Source: Geosiphon pyriformis uo1
Lineage: Eukaryota; Fungi; Glomeromycota
NCBI GenBank assembly: GCA_016748015.1
Contig: JAAOMT010000040.1
Location: 310,001 to 374,000 of the forward strand
Reading direction: 5' to 3'
Length of the DNA: 64,000 nucleotides
The position numbers were made by a program, and so were the translations under genes. The stretch's first letter is position 1, and each line of letters starts with the position of its first letter. A model generated the notes under the pieces. The model was not told the DNA's origin, did not search any database, and was given only the letters and a program-made list of their open reading frames with translations. Below are positions 22,963-35,042 of this stretch, piece by piece.

Positions 22963-25655
22963 TCACTGGATGGTAAGTCTGGAGAGAGCATCAGCATTTT
23001 GATGATTAGCTCCTTTGTGGTGTTGAATGTCATAGTTGAATTCATTCAAGTGGAGTATTTAGCAAGTTATCCATTTATGTTCCAGGTTTTTTTTGTTGCA
23101 TAGCCAAACCAAAGCTTGGTGATCTGTTACCACCAAAAATTTCACACCCTTAAGATATTTGTCCCAGTAGCTGGTAGCCCAAACTACTGCTAAGCATTCT
23201 TGCTCAGTAACTGAGTAGTTCCTTTCTGCTGGTGTGAGAGTTCTACTGGCATATGCTACGGTGTGTTCTTTGTTATCTTCATCTTTTTGGGAAAGAACAG
23301 CACCAAGTCCATAGCCAGATGTATCAGTATGGAGGATAAAAGGTTGATTCAGATTAGGTTGTATGAAGATGAGTTTTGTAACCAGTTTTTCCTTCAGAAT
23401 TTCAAATGCTTTTTGTTGATGAGTGCCCCAGTGATAATTGAAGTTTTTCCTAAGTAGCTGATTGAAAGAAACAGCAATTTTGGAGAAATTCTTGACAAAC
23501 TTGTGATAATAAGAGGCCAAACCAAGAAAAAAGTGTAGTTTATGAACATTCATTGGTTGTCTAATGTTTTGAACTTTTTCAATTTTGGCTGGATCAGGGA
23601 AGATTCCATCTTTTGTAATAAAATGGCCAAAGAACTGGGTGGATTGACATCCAAAAAATAATTTGATTGGATTGATCTTGAGGCCAGCATTTCTAAGGAG
23701 GTCAAAAACCTTTTGCAAATGTTCAAGGTGTTCATCCCAGGTTTTTGAGTATACCATTATGTCGTCCAAGTAAACTAGAACAAAGTTTTTTTTTACTGAT
23801 TCAAATACTTTGTCTATTAAGTGTTGAAAGGTGGGAGGAGCATTTGTGAGACCAAAAAGCATGACTGTGAATTCGTAGGTGCTATACTTGGTGATGAAAG
23901 CAGTTTTCTTTCTGCTTTCTGAATCCATCTCTACTTGCCAGAATCCAGCAGTTAAGTCAATGGTTGAAAAGAAAGTGGCACCATGGAATTGGTCTAGCAT
24001 TGCATCAATCTTGGGAAGTGGGTACATGTTTCTTTCAGTAATAGCATTTAATTGGCAATAGTCAACACAAAAGCATAGGGTTCTTCCTTTCTTAAATACC
24101 ACTACAACTGGGAATGCCCATTCATTCTTGGTTTCTTATATGAATCCAAGGTTTTTTATTTGGGTTATTTTCTTTTTGATAAACTCATCATTGTGCTGGT
24201 TAAATTAATAGGGCTTCAAATGGATGAGGCGAGTTTTTCTGGTGATGATGGTGTGTTGTATCACATGTGTATGTCCAGGAGATTTACTTTCTTTTGAGAT
24301 AACTGGGCTGTTTCTAGCCAGCAGATTTTCAATGTTTATCTTTCTTTCTTCTGGAGAGAGTTCTCTTTGTTCTACAACCAATGATTGGATTTCAGGTGGT
24401 TCGTTTTCAAAGGACTTTTGGACTTCTTTTATTTCCTCATGGAGTATCAAGCTGATTGGTTCTCAATCTTTGTAATAGATTAAGCAGAACATGCATTCAT
24501 TGCTAGGAGAATACAATGGTTTGTTGCACCAGCACCAGGCACAAGAACCATGCCACCAATAACTGTATTTGGCTTTCTTGTCTGGCTTTCTGTCAAAGGT
24601 TCTTCTAAGCATGTCATAATAAGGCCAGCAAATCAGCTTGCCATTGACAATGATTCCTTTTTTATCTGCCTTGACATTATCCAGTGGTTTGCCATTGCTG
24701 GTAAAGATGGTATAAGCGAGTTCAGCAGTTTCTTCTTGTTCTTTTTGTTTTTCTTCTTCTTCACTTTCTTCATCATTTGATTCATCTGATTCATTTTCTT
24801 TTGGGCTCTGCTTGGGTACTGGGGGAGTTGTTCAATGGTGACATTTAACCACAATGGGTTTCTCACCACATCTGATGATTAGTTCACAAAGTTCATAATC
24901 AAGCAAAGCTTTTGCTTTCTTGAGCCATTCATTGCCAACAATGATAGTGTATTTTTTTGCTTTAGATACTTTCATATCAGTTTCAATGCTGATGCCATTG
25001 ATGCGAACAGGAATAGCTTTGGCTATGCCAAGCCCTTTTTTTTATTACCATGCACATTGATCATTGGTCGTGTGAATGGTTCATTAATTTTTCTGCCAAT
25101 TGTTTCAAGAAAGTGTTTAGCAATAACACTAACAGATGATCCACTGTCTAGGATCAAATCAATAAAGTAGCCAGCCATTTGGGCTTTGCAAATTAGAGAA
25201 ATGACATTGCTATTGTCAGCAAGTCCAGCTTGGCGAGGGTGTTTGTTGGTTTTGGGTGTCTTTTTCTTTGGAATCAAAGATTTGTGAAGATTTTTTCTGA
25301 ATTGTGGATGGGTCATCAATTGGCCAAAGGTTATATATGCTGGGGTTTCTATGAGGTCTTTGACAACAGAATAGGGGCCAGATTTTTGTACTATTTCTGG
25401 GGGTTCTAACTTTGGAGGGTTCTTGAAAACTTTGGCTTTTGGGGGCTCATTGTTGTCAGCAGTTGATGTAGAAGCTTTATTGGGGTCCAGAATGAAATCA
25501 ACTTTGGCTTTTTTCTTCTTTCTTGTGAATTCAGAGAAGTTGATTGCTAGTTTATCTATGTCATGATTATCATCAGTTAAGTTAAAAGTGTAAAAGAGGT
25601 TTTCTTCTGGTTGGCTTGCACTCTCACCCTTTGGAGGTGCATCTACCAGTTTAAA
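22963..25655 (-). pseudogene. pol: C pol: protease-RT-RNase H
   Basis: LILDSGSS, LVYLDDIMVYS, HTDTSGYGLGAVLSQ, VTDHQAL, NADALSR followed by TGA-TAG-TAA. Confidence 0.93.
25617..25655 (-). promoter_or_regulatory. -1 ribosomal frameshift signal (U UUA AAC, 7-nt spacer, stem-loop) between gag and pol
   Basis: The heptamer is in gag phase (CCT TTA AAC TGG TAG) and the -1 frame opens FKLVDAPPKGESASQPEEN into the protease frame. Hairpin TGCAC-CTC..GAG-A-GTGCA. The same heptamer is at A 440-446. Confidence 0.78.
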
Positions 25656-25657
25656 GG

Positions 25658-27199
25658 CTAATAAACAGTGGCTTCAACTAAGGGATCCTCTCCAAAGAAA
25701 TTGATGTTGGCATGATTAGGTCTTTGATTGGAGACATTGTTGTTGTTGTTGGGTCTGTTGTTTTGGTTGTCATTTTTTCTGGGAGCTGGAGGAGGCAGTA
25801 AAAGATTGTTATAATCTCTTGAATAATGTCCTGTTAATCCACAATAATAGCACACAGGTGGGCCATGATTTTGCTGTCTTTGATAGGGAGGTTGCTGGGG
25901 CTGGTTAAAACGAGGTTCATATCTAGGTCTTGGTGGTTGCTGATTATCTCTGACTGCTTGTGCCAAAGGTTCTAATAACCGGGCAAGATTAGCTGTGAGT
26001 CTATCAATTAATTGTTCATTTGGATCTTGAGTTTGGACAGCAAAAGAAACAGCAGCCATTTGAAGGGCAGTAGCCATGACAGGAGCAGAAGCAAAAACTG
26101 AAAGTGTAGATCCCAAATGTATTCTTTGGTTGTCTTCAATTCATTGGGCAAGTTCAATGGCCATGTCCATTGTAAGGTTGTCTTTTAGAGCCAAGAGAGG
26201 CCAAAAAGCATAAAATAAATCGGTTTTCAATCCTTTTGTGAAGGAATGAATCTTTTGTTCTTCTGTCCAGTTTCTCCCAGAGTCTACACATTTGATTAGC
26301 TTTCTAATAGCTTTGGCATATTTAGTCACTACTTCTTCAGGGCCTTGAGTTCTTCTTTCCAATTCCATGCACCATTTGGATATTAATATTGGGGTTCTGA
26401 ACTTGGCCTCAAATTGGGTAGTGAAAGAGGTATTTTCTTCTTCAGCATTGATTAGTGTCCATCTGATTATTCTGTGTTGAGCATTGGCATCTGTTTCTTG
26501 TGAGAACCAGATAGCAGGAAAGCCTTGGAGGTAGCCACCAACGATTTGAAACTTGTATTTTTCATCATACTGGTTGGCTGTGACAGCTCTCTCAAAATCA
26601 TCTAACCATTCAATTGGATCTTGTGCATTACCTCTAAATAATAGTAGTGAGATATTGTTTCTTCTTCTTAGAGCAATTTGTATATCTTGGAGGGTGGCCA
26701 GAATGTTTGCTTGCATGGAGTCATTAGCCATTGGTTCAGGAGTAACTGTTTGTATAGATGAGTCTGATTTGTTTGATAAAAAGTCAAAAACAGGGGCAGT
26801 TTGGTAGCTTTTTTTTTCTGTTTCAAAGGGAGTTTCAGTTGCTTAATGGGCAGCAATCCAAATGTGGATTTAATGATTCAGATATTTGAAATCAGGGGGC
26901 TGTTGTTCAAAAGTTGCAGAATATAAGAGCTGATTGATACTGTTGTTTCTTTCTTCAAAGTTATTTTCAAAATAAGCTTGGTTAAAGTAATAGGTTGTAT
27001 AAGTTGTGTAGGTTTCAGCTAAATGCTTGTTCAGAAACCAGTTCCAAAAGTCTTGGAATTGTCTACTGGATTGTTTTTCAATGGGAAAGCAAATCAAGCA
27101 GGAGGACAAAGAATTGAGTTCAATAAAGTCTAAATCGTTTTTGTTGTGTGCTTTAAAGTGTTCTTCTGATTGTTGTGGCAAGTATGAATAATCATCCAT
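25658..27199 (-). pseudogene. gag: C gag
   Basis: ORFs 26870-27199, 26141-26731 and 25658-26116 share one frame; DPIEWLDDFE capsid-like segment and CYYCGLTGHYSRDY knuckle. Confidence 0.9.
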
Positions 27200-27228
27200 A
27201 CAATAAAAAACAAAGTGGATTTTGACAA

Positions 27229-27245
27229 CCTTACAGGGAGCACCA
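27229..27245 (-). promoter_or_regulatory. Primer-binding site of C
   Basis: TGGTGCTCCCTGTAAGG after a TAAAAG spacer. Confidence 0.82.
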
Positions 27246-27251
27246 CTTTTA

Positions 27252-27905
27252 TGTTATGGGTTGGAGTAACAAGTTAACGGATAGCAAGGGAGAACAGAAT
27301 TGTAGAGTAATGGGAATAATCAAAGGGAATTCAACTTCAAAGAGTGAATTAAATGAGTATGGATTCAATGTGTGAGATCAGTCTCATAAAATATCTCAGT
27401 CGCTATTCTTTTCAAAGATAACTGGGGAATTTGAAGGTAGAGGGATAGTCTGTATTGTTAACAATTGATAACTGCTGGTATAATTCTATGCCTCATGTCG
27501 GTGCTCTTAGAATTCAATATTAGGTATCAACTTGTGCTCTTCAGTCATGTTTATTCAAATAATCTTCAAATACTACAATTATATACGTCAGGAAAAGGCC
27601 AACAAGTAATCTTTTATCCTAAGATGTTCGGATACTTGAAGGTAGGAAAAGGGAAATTAGTGATAAGAGAGTAATTGAAATAAAAGTTGTTATTTTTATT
27701 TATTTGATTCTTGTCTAAGAGATGATTTTCTACAGTTAAGAGACTCATTGCTTGTATAGCTAATGAAAGTGGTCAATGACCAGGTCAACAACTAGGTCAA
27801 TAATTAGGTCAATGATCACTATCTAAAAATAAAGTGGCTAATTATATGACATTAGTGACTAATACATGTGATAACTAATAAAAATTATGAGTTTCAACCA
27901 TAACA
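27252..27905 (-). repeat. 5' LTR of C
   Basis: TGTTATGGG...CCATAACA with the PBS adjacent. Confidence 0.95.
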
Positions 27906-27909
27906 ATAT

Positions 27910-29246
27910 TATCTTATAACTCTTTAATTACCAAGAAAATTATTATTAAAAGAACAAACAAAAATTCAAAAACAAGTTAAACATTACTTGGTTGATAATA
28001 ATATACTATATTAATATTATCAACATAATTTATTCTAATTGATTACTGAAATTAAGAAGTAAATTATTTTTTATAACATATATTCAGATCCAAATACAGA
28101 ACATTTTGCAAAAGAAGTCACAATTCAACAAACAATTAGTCAGTATTACTGGTTAAAGATACATGTTAATATTATTTAATATATTTACAATTGTAATATA
28201 TGTTAAAGAAAAAAAGTATTAAAAGCAACTGAACTATTATAACTCATTAAAATAAGAAAACTATTTAACAGAGTAAAAATTAATCTGGTAAAACCACTAA
28301 CTATTACTATTAAAGAAAACTAATACATTGCAGTTATCATGAACTACTTAACAAAATAGCCAGAAACAAAGACTATTAAAACTGCAGATGCTAAATCAGT
28401 TGTTAATTTTATGTATAAAAATTTGATTTGTAGATATAATTGTTCAAAAGAGCTACTCTTAAATCAAAGAACTCACTTTGTAAACAATTTGCTTGCTGAA
28501 ATCAGTTAATACTTTGAAATAAAATAATTTTTTTGTTATCTTATCATTTATAGACAAATAGATTAATAGAATGTTTCAATAAAACATTATGTAAATTACT
28601 AATAAAAATAAGCAATAAAATAGAACAAGAATGGAATTTATTTATCTCTTTAGTTTTATTGGCTTATCAAACATTAAAACATGACATTATAAAATTCACA
28701 TTATTTGAATTAACATGTAAAAAGAATATTATATTATTTATAAACTAATAATAAATATTTATCTAACAAAACCAATAAATAAAAACAACTTACAAGAAAC
28801 TATTAAAAAACAGACTTATAAACTGCTAGAAAAACTAAAAGGCAATTGCTAATACACAACCAATAATGTTGAATACTCTTAAAAACAACAAAAATTCGAC
28901 ATAATAGCAAATTATCAGAACAACTTATTATCTACAAAATAGAAAACAAAGTTTTATTATATTAAACAAAAGCAGAAAAACAATAGAACAAAAAATTTAA
29001 AATAAATAAAACAGACTTTTTTATGTTTACAATGTTTTGGATAATAGAACATATGAGTTATGTTTAGATAATAAAATTTTGAAAAAAATTGTACATGATA
29101 ACTGATTAAAAATCTATTATTAATAACAATTATCTGATCTGTTAATGTTTAAATTAGGGATACATATACTAATTATGTTTTCTAACCAAATTCTATAAGA
29201 CTTAGAGCCAATAGTAATTATCAAACATTACCCAAAAGACAATTAA
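27910..29246 (+). pseudogene. int: E integrase remnant (first codons at ~20266-20299, split by C)
   Basis: Collinear with B 17430-18763; ends DLEPIVIIKHYPKDN*. Confidence 0.82.
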
Positions 29247-29299
29247 TTTGATCAATTATATTTGAATTATTACTATTAATATTTAAAAAAGAATTAAAA

Positions 29300-30023
29300 C
29301 AAAATCAAAAATAGTTAGAAAAATCAGAAACATTAAACTATTAAAGAAATTCTTTTAAATTTTAATATATAAAAATAATTTATTTTAGTATTTATTTATT
29401 ATAAATATATTTGAAAATATTATAAATACTTCTCAACTTTTATTTCAGGTACTACAAGAAAATAATTTCCTATTAGAAATTACTTTTAATAATTTTTAAA
29501 TATTATATAGAAAAAAAAATTCAGTTATATAAAAAAATAAGTCAAACACAAATCATTTTAACTCTTATAGCAAGAAACAAAAAATACTAACACATTAATT
29601 GATAAAATCATGGAAAAATTCCAGCTTCTAAAAAGTATAATATTCAAAAAAAAAACTTAATTGCTTTTTTTTGCTATATATACTTCATAATAATCACACA
29701 ATTAGACTTTTAAATAATCTATATTAAAAAAAGTAGCAAAAAAATTGACAAACAAAACTCCAGAAGTTTGAAGAACTAATTAGAAAAAACAATTTTAAGC
29801 ACTGTTTTAGGGCAGCATACTAACTCTATGTGTTGTTTCAACATATAACAAAAGTATTATTAACAAACAAAATAAATATGCTTATTTTTAATGAAATTGA
29901 AAGACTTACTAATAATAAATTTCAGAACTTGCAAGAATAAATAGTTCAAACAAATATACAGACTTTTATGTTAGATGTTAACATTGGAAAAATGCACATC
30001 AATTTTAATAGAGCTTAATCTTA
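29300..30023 (+). pseudogene. E ORF3 remnant
   Basis: SQLLFQVLQE..LEITFNN and FRAAY*LYVLF..EIERLTNNKFQNL align with D ORF3. The start is approximate. Confidence 0.68.
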
Positions 30024-30035
30024 AGAGAAGAATAA

Positions 30036-31322
30036 TATTATTTAATAGAAATTAACAAAAATCAAAAGTAATAATATTATAATATATTAACCAATTATTA
30101 AATAATAGTATAAATAGCACAGATTAATGGATAAAATTAGAAAACATAATATATATACAATAGTGTACAAAATGTGCACAAATGTATCTAATTTAACATA
30201 ATTACAAACAAGTAAGCCAAAAAGCATTTACAATCAAACAAAAGACCCAATAGCTTAGCAATTACTTACTAATTAGTTAGAATAAACACAATTATATATA
30301 ATTCGAAATATGTATATATATAATAACTTTTTAACTAAAAAAAAAAACAGACAAAAAAAAAGAATAATAAAGAACAAAAAATCAATTAAACAAAATAAAA
30401 ATGAAAAAAAAGTGGAAGAATTAAATTATAATTTCAAAAAAAACTAAACAATATGTCTTTTTGTATTATTTACTAATATTGAGATCAGTAAAATTGGAAA
30501 TTTTTCTCTTTTATAATCTGGCTCTCTTTTACAAATAACCAAAAAGACTATTATTTTTCTTTCATTATTATTTTTCTATTGAAAAAAAACAACAGTAAAA
30601 ACATCTAATATGTCAACAAAAACATGAATAAAATCCAAACTTAACAAGATTGAAAACACATTAAAAGATATTAAATACATAAAATTACTTAAAAATTACT
30701 TGTAATATCTTGGTTAAAATTAACAGTTGACTTAAAAATCTAGAATAAGCTTTCTATATCTTTGAAAAAATAATTTTTGATTAAAATTATTTTATGAATA
30801 CTAATTTTGTTGAATTTTACTTTTTATTTTAATTCTCTTTGAATTTGTTAGAAATATAATACTGCTTTATTATAAATAAAAAAATACAAACATCTGATAT
30901 TAGTGCAAAATAAAAAAATATTTCTATAAGAGTCTTAAGAAAAAACACAATTAGAAGTGTAAAGATATGACAAAAATTCTCCTTAGAAGATTAGTATAAT
31001 AATAACTATTAACAACAATATTAACAAAAACATTATATTATATACTAAATTCAATAACAAAAACACTTACCAGAGGAAATTATCTAATATCTGCTAAGAA
31101 ATTAAGAAAACTTACCAAGCTAACTTTCAAATTTTTAAATAAAAAAATAGTAGTAATATATTAAACAGAAATTCAACATAAATCAAAAATAACATTAATT
31201 AAGATTAATATACTTATTTTCACATCAAAATTAAATAATTCATTATATTATCACTTAATCTAAAAAGCTATAGAAATTAATCATAGTATAACTACTAAAA
31301 GAAAAGAAAAACACCTATAATA
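30036..31322 (+). repeat. 3' LTR of E
   Basis: Direct repeat of 2718-3971, preceded by the PPT. Confidence 0.9.
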
Positions 31323-31781
31323 ATATATTTTAAGAACAGCATAATAGCCTATAATTTGGCTATTGTAAAGAACAGAAGTCCATACATTTTAACACTAATG
31401 TTTGTATTTACAACTGGAAAGTAAGCAGCCATCTTATTAGTAACTTTAACAAAACTAGTACATTTTAAAAAACTATCTATATAAACTTTAATAGAACTAA
31501 ACCAAATCTCAAGCAAGCTTTCTTGTATATTAAAGAATTTTTTAGATTTCAAAACATTTAACCCAGATAATTTACCAGCTTTTGCAAAATTAACTACCAA
31601 AGAACTCTTATTATTTAAAAATTTAGATGCCACTTAAACCAATTAGACACAAAGTCTCTTAGATCCAATTTTTTTTATTAATAAGATATTTTCCAGTTTA
31701 TCACATTTTTTTTTGGTTCAAAAGTCTGTTACTAAATACAATTTTAAACTGCTTCAAAGAAAAAGCAGAGCTATAATACAG
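31323..31781 (-). pseudogene. LINE-1 ORF2 fragment (RNase H N-terminal half) between E and D
   Basis: ORF 31349-31633 IKVYIDSFLK..AAYF..GLLFFTIAKL matches LSVYIDGSVK..AVAFF..GLMLSTLVEL of LINE-2. Confidence 0.82.
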
Positions 31782-32752
31782 TGTTACTGGAGGTTTTTGG
31801 TCTCTTTTCTTAAATGTTGTTAATGTTGACTTGCTGTGAATTCATGTTCTCAAGAAGTAGTTGGACTTCCAGTAACTGAATTTATCTTTAAATTATCTCT
31901 TATAATTTGAACTGCTGGACTTATAAGTAGAATGGCCATTTCTGTACCAGTTGCTTGTGTAGTTATATTGTAGTAAACATCAACTCTTTTCCAAGAATTG
32001 CTCATCTGGAAGCTTACTAAAATATGTAGTTACTTTGCTATGAAAGTTAACTCTTCTACAGAAATCTTGTCTGTAGGCTACTTTAATGATTATAATAAGA
32101 AAAGAAAAAGAAAAATAAAAGAAATGTAAAAGAAATAGAATTTTATCAAGAAAAACGTTTTCTATCCAGACCTGGAGTCACTAACAATTTACTGAAATTG
32201 GTAGCTAATCAATTTCGAAATGTTAGTTGTATTTAAGGAAATTTCAAGTATAATAATTTAAGAATTTGGTTTTTGAATATTTAATTTTTATTTGAATGTA
32301 TAAAAAGTAATTTGTTTTGATTAAGATATCTAAAATAAGATACTATGTTAAAATATTGTAAGAAGATACATTTTTTTGAAGAAAAAAGCTCTTCTTTTAT
32401 ACAACTTGTTATAGTACTAGTCTTTGAACTTGCATTTTTTTCTTTGCTACAATTTGAGTAAACTAAAGATACATTTCGGCAAACTACAAATTATTTCACT
32501 GAACTATTAATTATTTCGGCCAATTTTTATTAATTTCGGCGAATTTTGACTATGTTAAATGGTTCAGGATATTGTGTAATTTGATCATCTTACTTTCTAT
32601 AGTACAAATTGGATTATTGATTGAGTAATAATATTTGATAATTTGATTAAATAATAAGTGGTAATCGAAATGATAATAATATATGCTAATTAATAATAGA
32701 AATTATGAGAGTAATTTTATGTTAATTAATAGCTAAAATTTTACTGGTAACA
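31782..32752 (-). repeat. 3' LTR of D
   Basis: TGTTACTGG...CTGGTAACA; repeat of 40587-41557. Confidence 0.95.
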
Positions 32753-32763
32753 TAATTTCCTTT

Positions 32764-33450
32764 TTAAGACTGAGCTTCATCAAAGTTCAAGCACTATCTG
32801 TGATGTTAAAATAGTGGTCCAAAATAATTGAAGTAATTTGGTCTGAAAATTGTTGAAATTTCAGTTCTGTAAGCTTTTTAATATATTGAATCTTTATTGA
32901 ATAAAGTATTGAATTTTGTAGAACGTTTTTACAAGTGTTGAATAACTCATAGAGTCTAAATGCTGCTCTAAGTTTGTAGCAAGTGTTTGTTAATCCAGCT
33001 GCTGTCTTGAATTCATTGTGAATTTGTTTTTGTATAGTCTCAGAAGTAATGTTGGTTGCTTCAAGTTCTAGTTTCTGTTTATAAAGTGTTTTTCCAATAT
33101 GAAAATATTTATATATAAAGGTATGTTCATTGTTCTGTTCATTGAGAAATAGTAGAAGTTTTTGTTGAATGGTGGCATTTGGTGGAATGTCAATAGAGAC
33201 AATTAAAAAGTTTTCTTTTAATGCTTGCTTCAAAAGTTCTGGTAATTGGATTCCAGAGTGATCTTTTGTTTTTTTTATAGAAGTGATAATTTTGAGAATT
33301 TTTTACTACTGGTATTGTGGTTTTTTTCTGAATGTAATTAATTTGACTTCTATTAATCATTATGGATAAGTTAAAAAGTGTTTTCAAGACTAACATTAAT
33401 TTTTGGAATATTTGTTGAATATTTCAGGGAATAATCATGATAAAAAAATT
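32764..33450 (-). pseudogene. D ORF3, unknown function (best-preserved copy)
   Basis: ORFs 33190-33396 and 32787-33233: YKYFHIGKTL..LRAAFRLYELF..YIKKLTELKFQQF. The start is uncertain. Confidence 0.75.
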
Positions 33451-33605
33451 GACTAATTAATAAAAAAAATTTGAAAAAGAATAAAGAAAATTATTTTTGG
33501 GTATAGAATTTTTATTTGTTTTTGGGTTTGAATGTTTTTTGTAATTATTTACTATTTTTGTTTTATATCTTGTGTATTTTAAAGGGATTATTAAAAAATG
33601 TTAAA

Positions 33606-34987
33606 TTAAATGTTCAAGTTTGGTTGTTGTTCTATTATAACTATTGGTTCTAAATTTTGGAAAATATTTTCAGGACTAATTAAAAAAAAATGTGTACCAA
33701 TTTGTGGAATTAATGGTTTAGACTTGTTTCTGGAATGATAGCATTTCAATCTATCTCCATGTGCAACTTTTGCTAGTACTTTGTCATTAAGTCTTAACTT
33801 GTATGATATATTGCCTAGAATTTCGTAAATATAAAATGGTCCATCCCATTTATGTTCAAATTTTCCACTCTATTGTTTTTCAGTCTTAGTTCTGTGTAAG
33901 AGAACTTTATTTCCAACTTTAAATTCATTGATAACTGGTGGCAGTTTATTGTCATGTTTTTTTTTGTAGGGCTTGAGAATGTTTAATATGAGTGGCTGCT
34001 ATGTGTTTCTTTTCTTTCAATATACTAAAAAGAGTGTAAGCTCTTCTTTGAAGTGTTTCTTGAAAGTTTTTTTTATTGATTGGTTGCACTGGGTATGTTT
34101 CCACTGTGAAATTAATTGGTAATATTGCTGTTCTTTTATAAGTAAAATCAAATAGTGTGTTTTGTAGTATTTTGTTTTAGTGTTCTGTATGTTAGTAACA
34201 CTGATAAAATAAAAATATCCCATTCCTGTTCAAAATCTGTTGAGACTTTGGCTAAAGATTTACACAATGTTCTGTTAAAACATTCTACAAGTCCATTTGT
34301 TTGAGGGTAATAAAATGATAATAGAGGTCTTTTGACATTGAATTGTTCACAAATTTTTTGTATCAAGTTGTTCACAAAATGTGTTTTTTGATTAGATAAG
34401 AGTTCAATTGGGCATCTATGTCTACAAATAATGTCTTCATAGATAAAATTTGCTATTGATTTTGCATCTGCTCTTTGGATGGCTTTAGCTTCAGATTATT
34501 TGGTGAAATAATCTACTGCAACTGTAATATAACGATTTTCTTGGGTTGTGATAGGTAATGGTCTGACTAAATCAATTTCAACTCTGTTAAAAAGTTGTTC
34601 AACTTTGATTGGATTTAAAGATTCTGTAGGGCAAGTTTTTTCTCTTCTTTGACAATTATCACAAGATTCTATATATTGTCGGATGTCTTTTTGCATGTGG
34701 GGCCAAAAATAATGTTCAAGAGTTCTTTGAATTGTTTTATCTTTTTCCAAGTGTGCTAAAAATGGATTTGTGTGCATGTTGTATAGGATTGTTTTTTTTT
34801 AATTTTTCTGTACTAATCTGAGTGATTGGTTTGGGTTTTTGCAATTTTTGTAATAGATTTTGTTATGATGTATAAAATATTGTTTGAATTGGTATTGTAA
34901 TCAATGTTTTTTACTTGGAGACCAATTTTCTGGCATGGTAAGAGTCTCCAAATAGTTTTTAAGATTGTTGTAAATTCTGGGATCTAT
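33606..34987 (-). pseudogene. int: D integrase as a separate ORF (start ATG decayed to ATA)
   Basis: (M)DPRIYNNLKNYLE; ORFs 34496-34777 (H..H..CDNC) and 34148-34375 (YPQTNGLVE); ends NLEPIVIIEQQPNLNI*. Confidence 0.88.
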
Positions 34988-35042
34988 TGTTGTTTTGTTG
35001 TTTTGTTAATAGTAGTAAGTTGTAGTGGATTTGTTGATGGTG

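Larger units (their letters stand above)
20300..27905 (-). mobile_element. Ty3/gypsy LTR retrotransposon C, full-length, no dUTPase
   Basis: LTRs 20300-20917 / 27252-27905 with TG...CA termini, perfect ATAT TSD, PBS TGGTGCTCCCTGTAAGG, PPT GGAGAAGATAA. Confidence 0.96.
2718..31322 (+). mobile_element. Ty3/gypsy LTR retrotransposon E, full-length and heavily decayed; host of B, C and LTR fragments
   Basis: LTR pair 2718-3971 / 30036-31322, TSD ATAC/ATAT, PBS-like TGGTATTTAC at 3974, PPT AAGAGAAGAATAA at 30023-30035. Decayed gag/PR/dUTPase/RT/RH/IN collinear with B. Confidence 0.9.

Noticed and set aside
25630-25667. 38-nt GT-AG intron joining gag to pol
   Set aside because: It would restore frame but is very short, and the phased slippery heptamer plus hairpin fit better. 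Not fully excluded without RNA data.
27225-27245. tRNA gene (..GGGAGCACCA)
   Set aside because: Only the ~17-nt PBS complement is present; there is no cloverleaf.
31990-32075. Hammerhead ribozyme (CAGAYGAG..GAAA on the minus strand)
   Set aside because: The core reads CAGA, not CUGA, and stem II cannot close before GAAA. Kept only as an unknown structure.
32764-33450. ORF3 as env or chromodomain
   Set aside because: No signal peptide, transmembrane helix or chromodomain aromatic pattern is visible.
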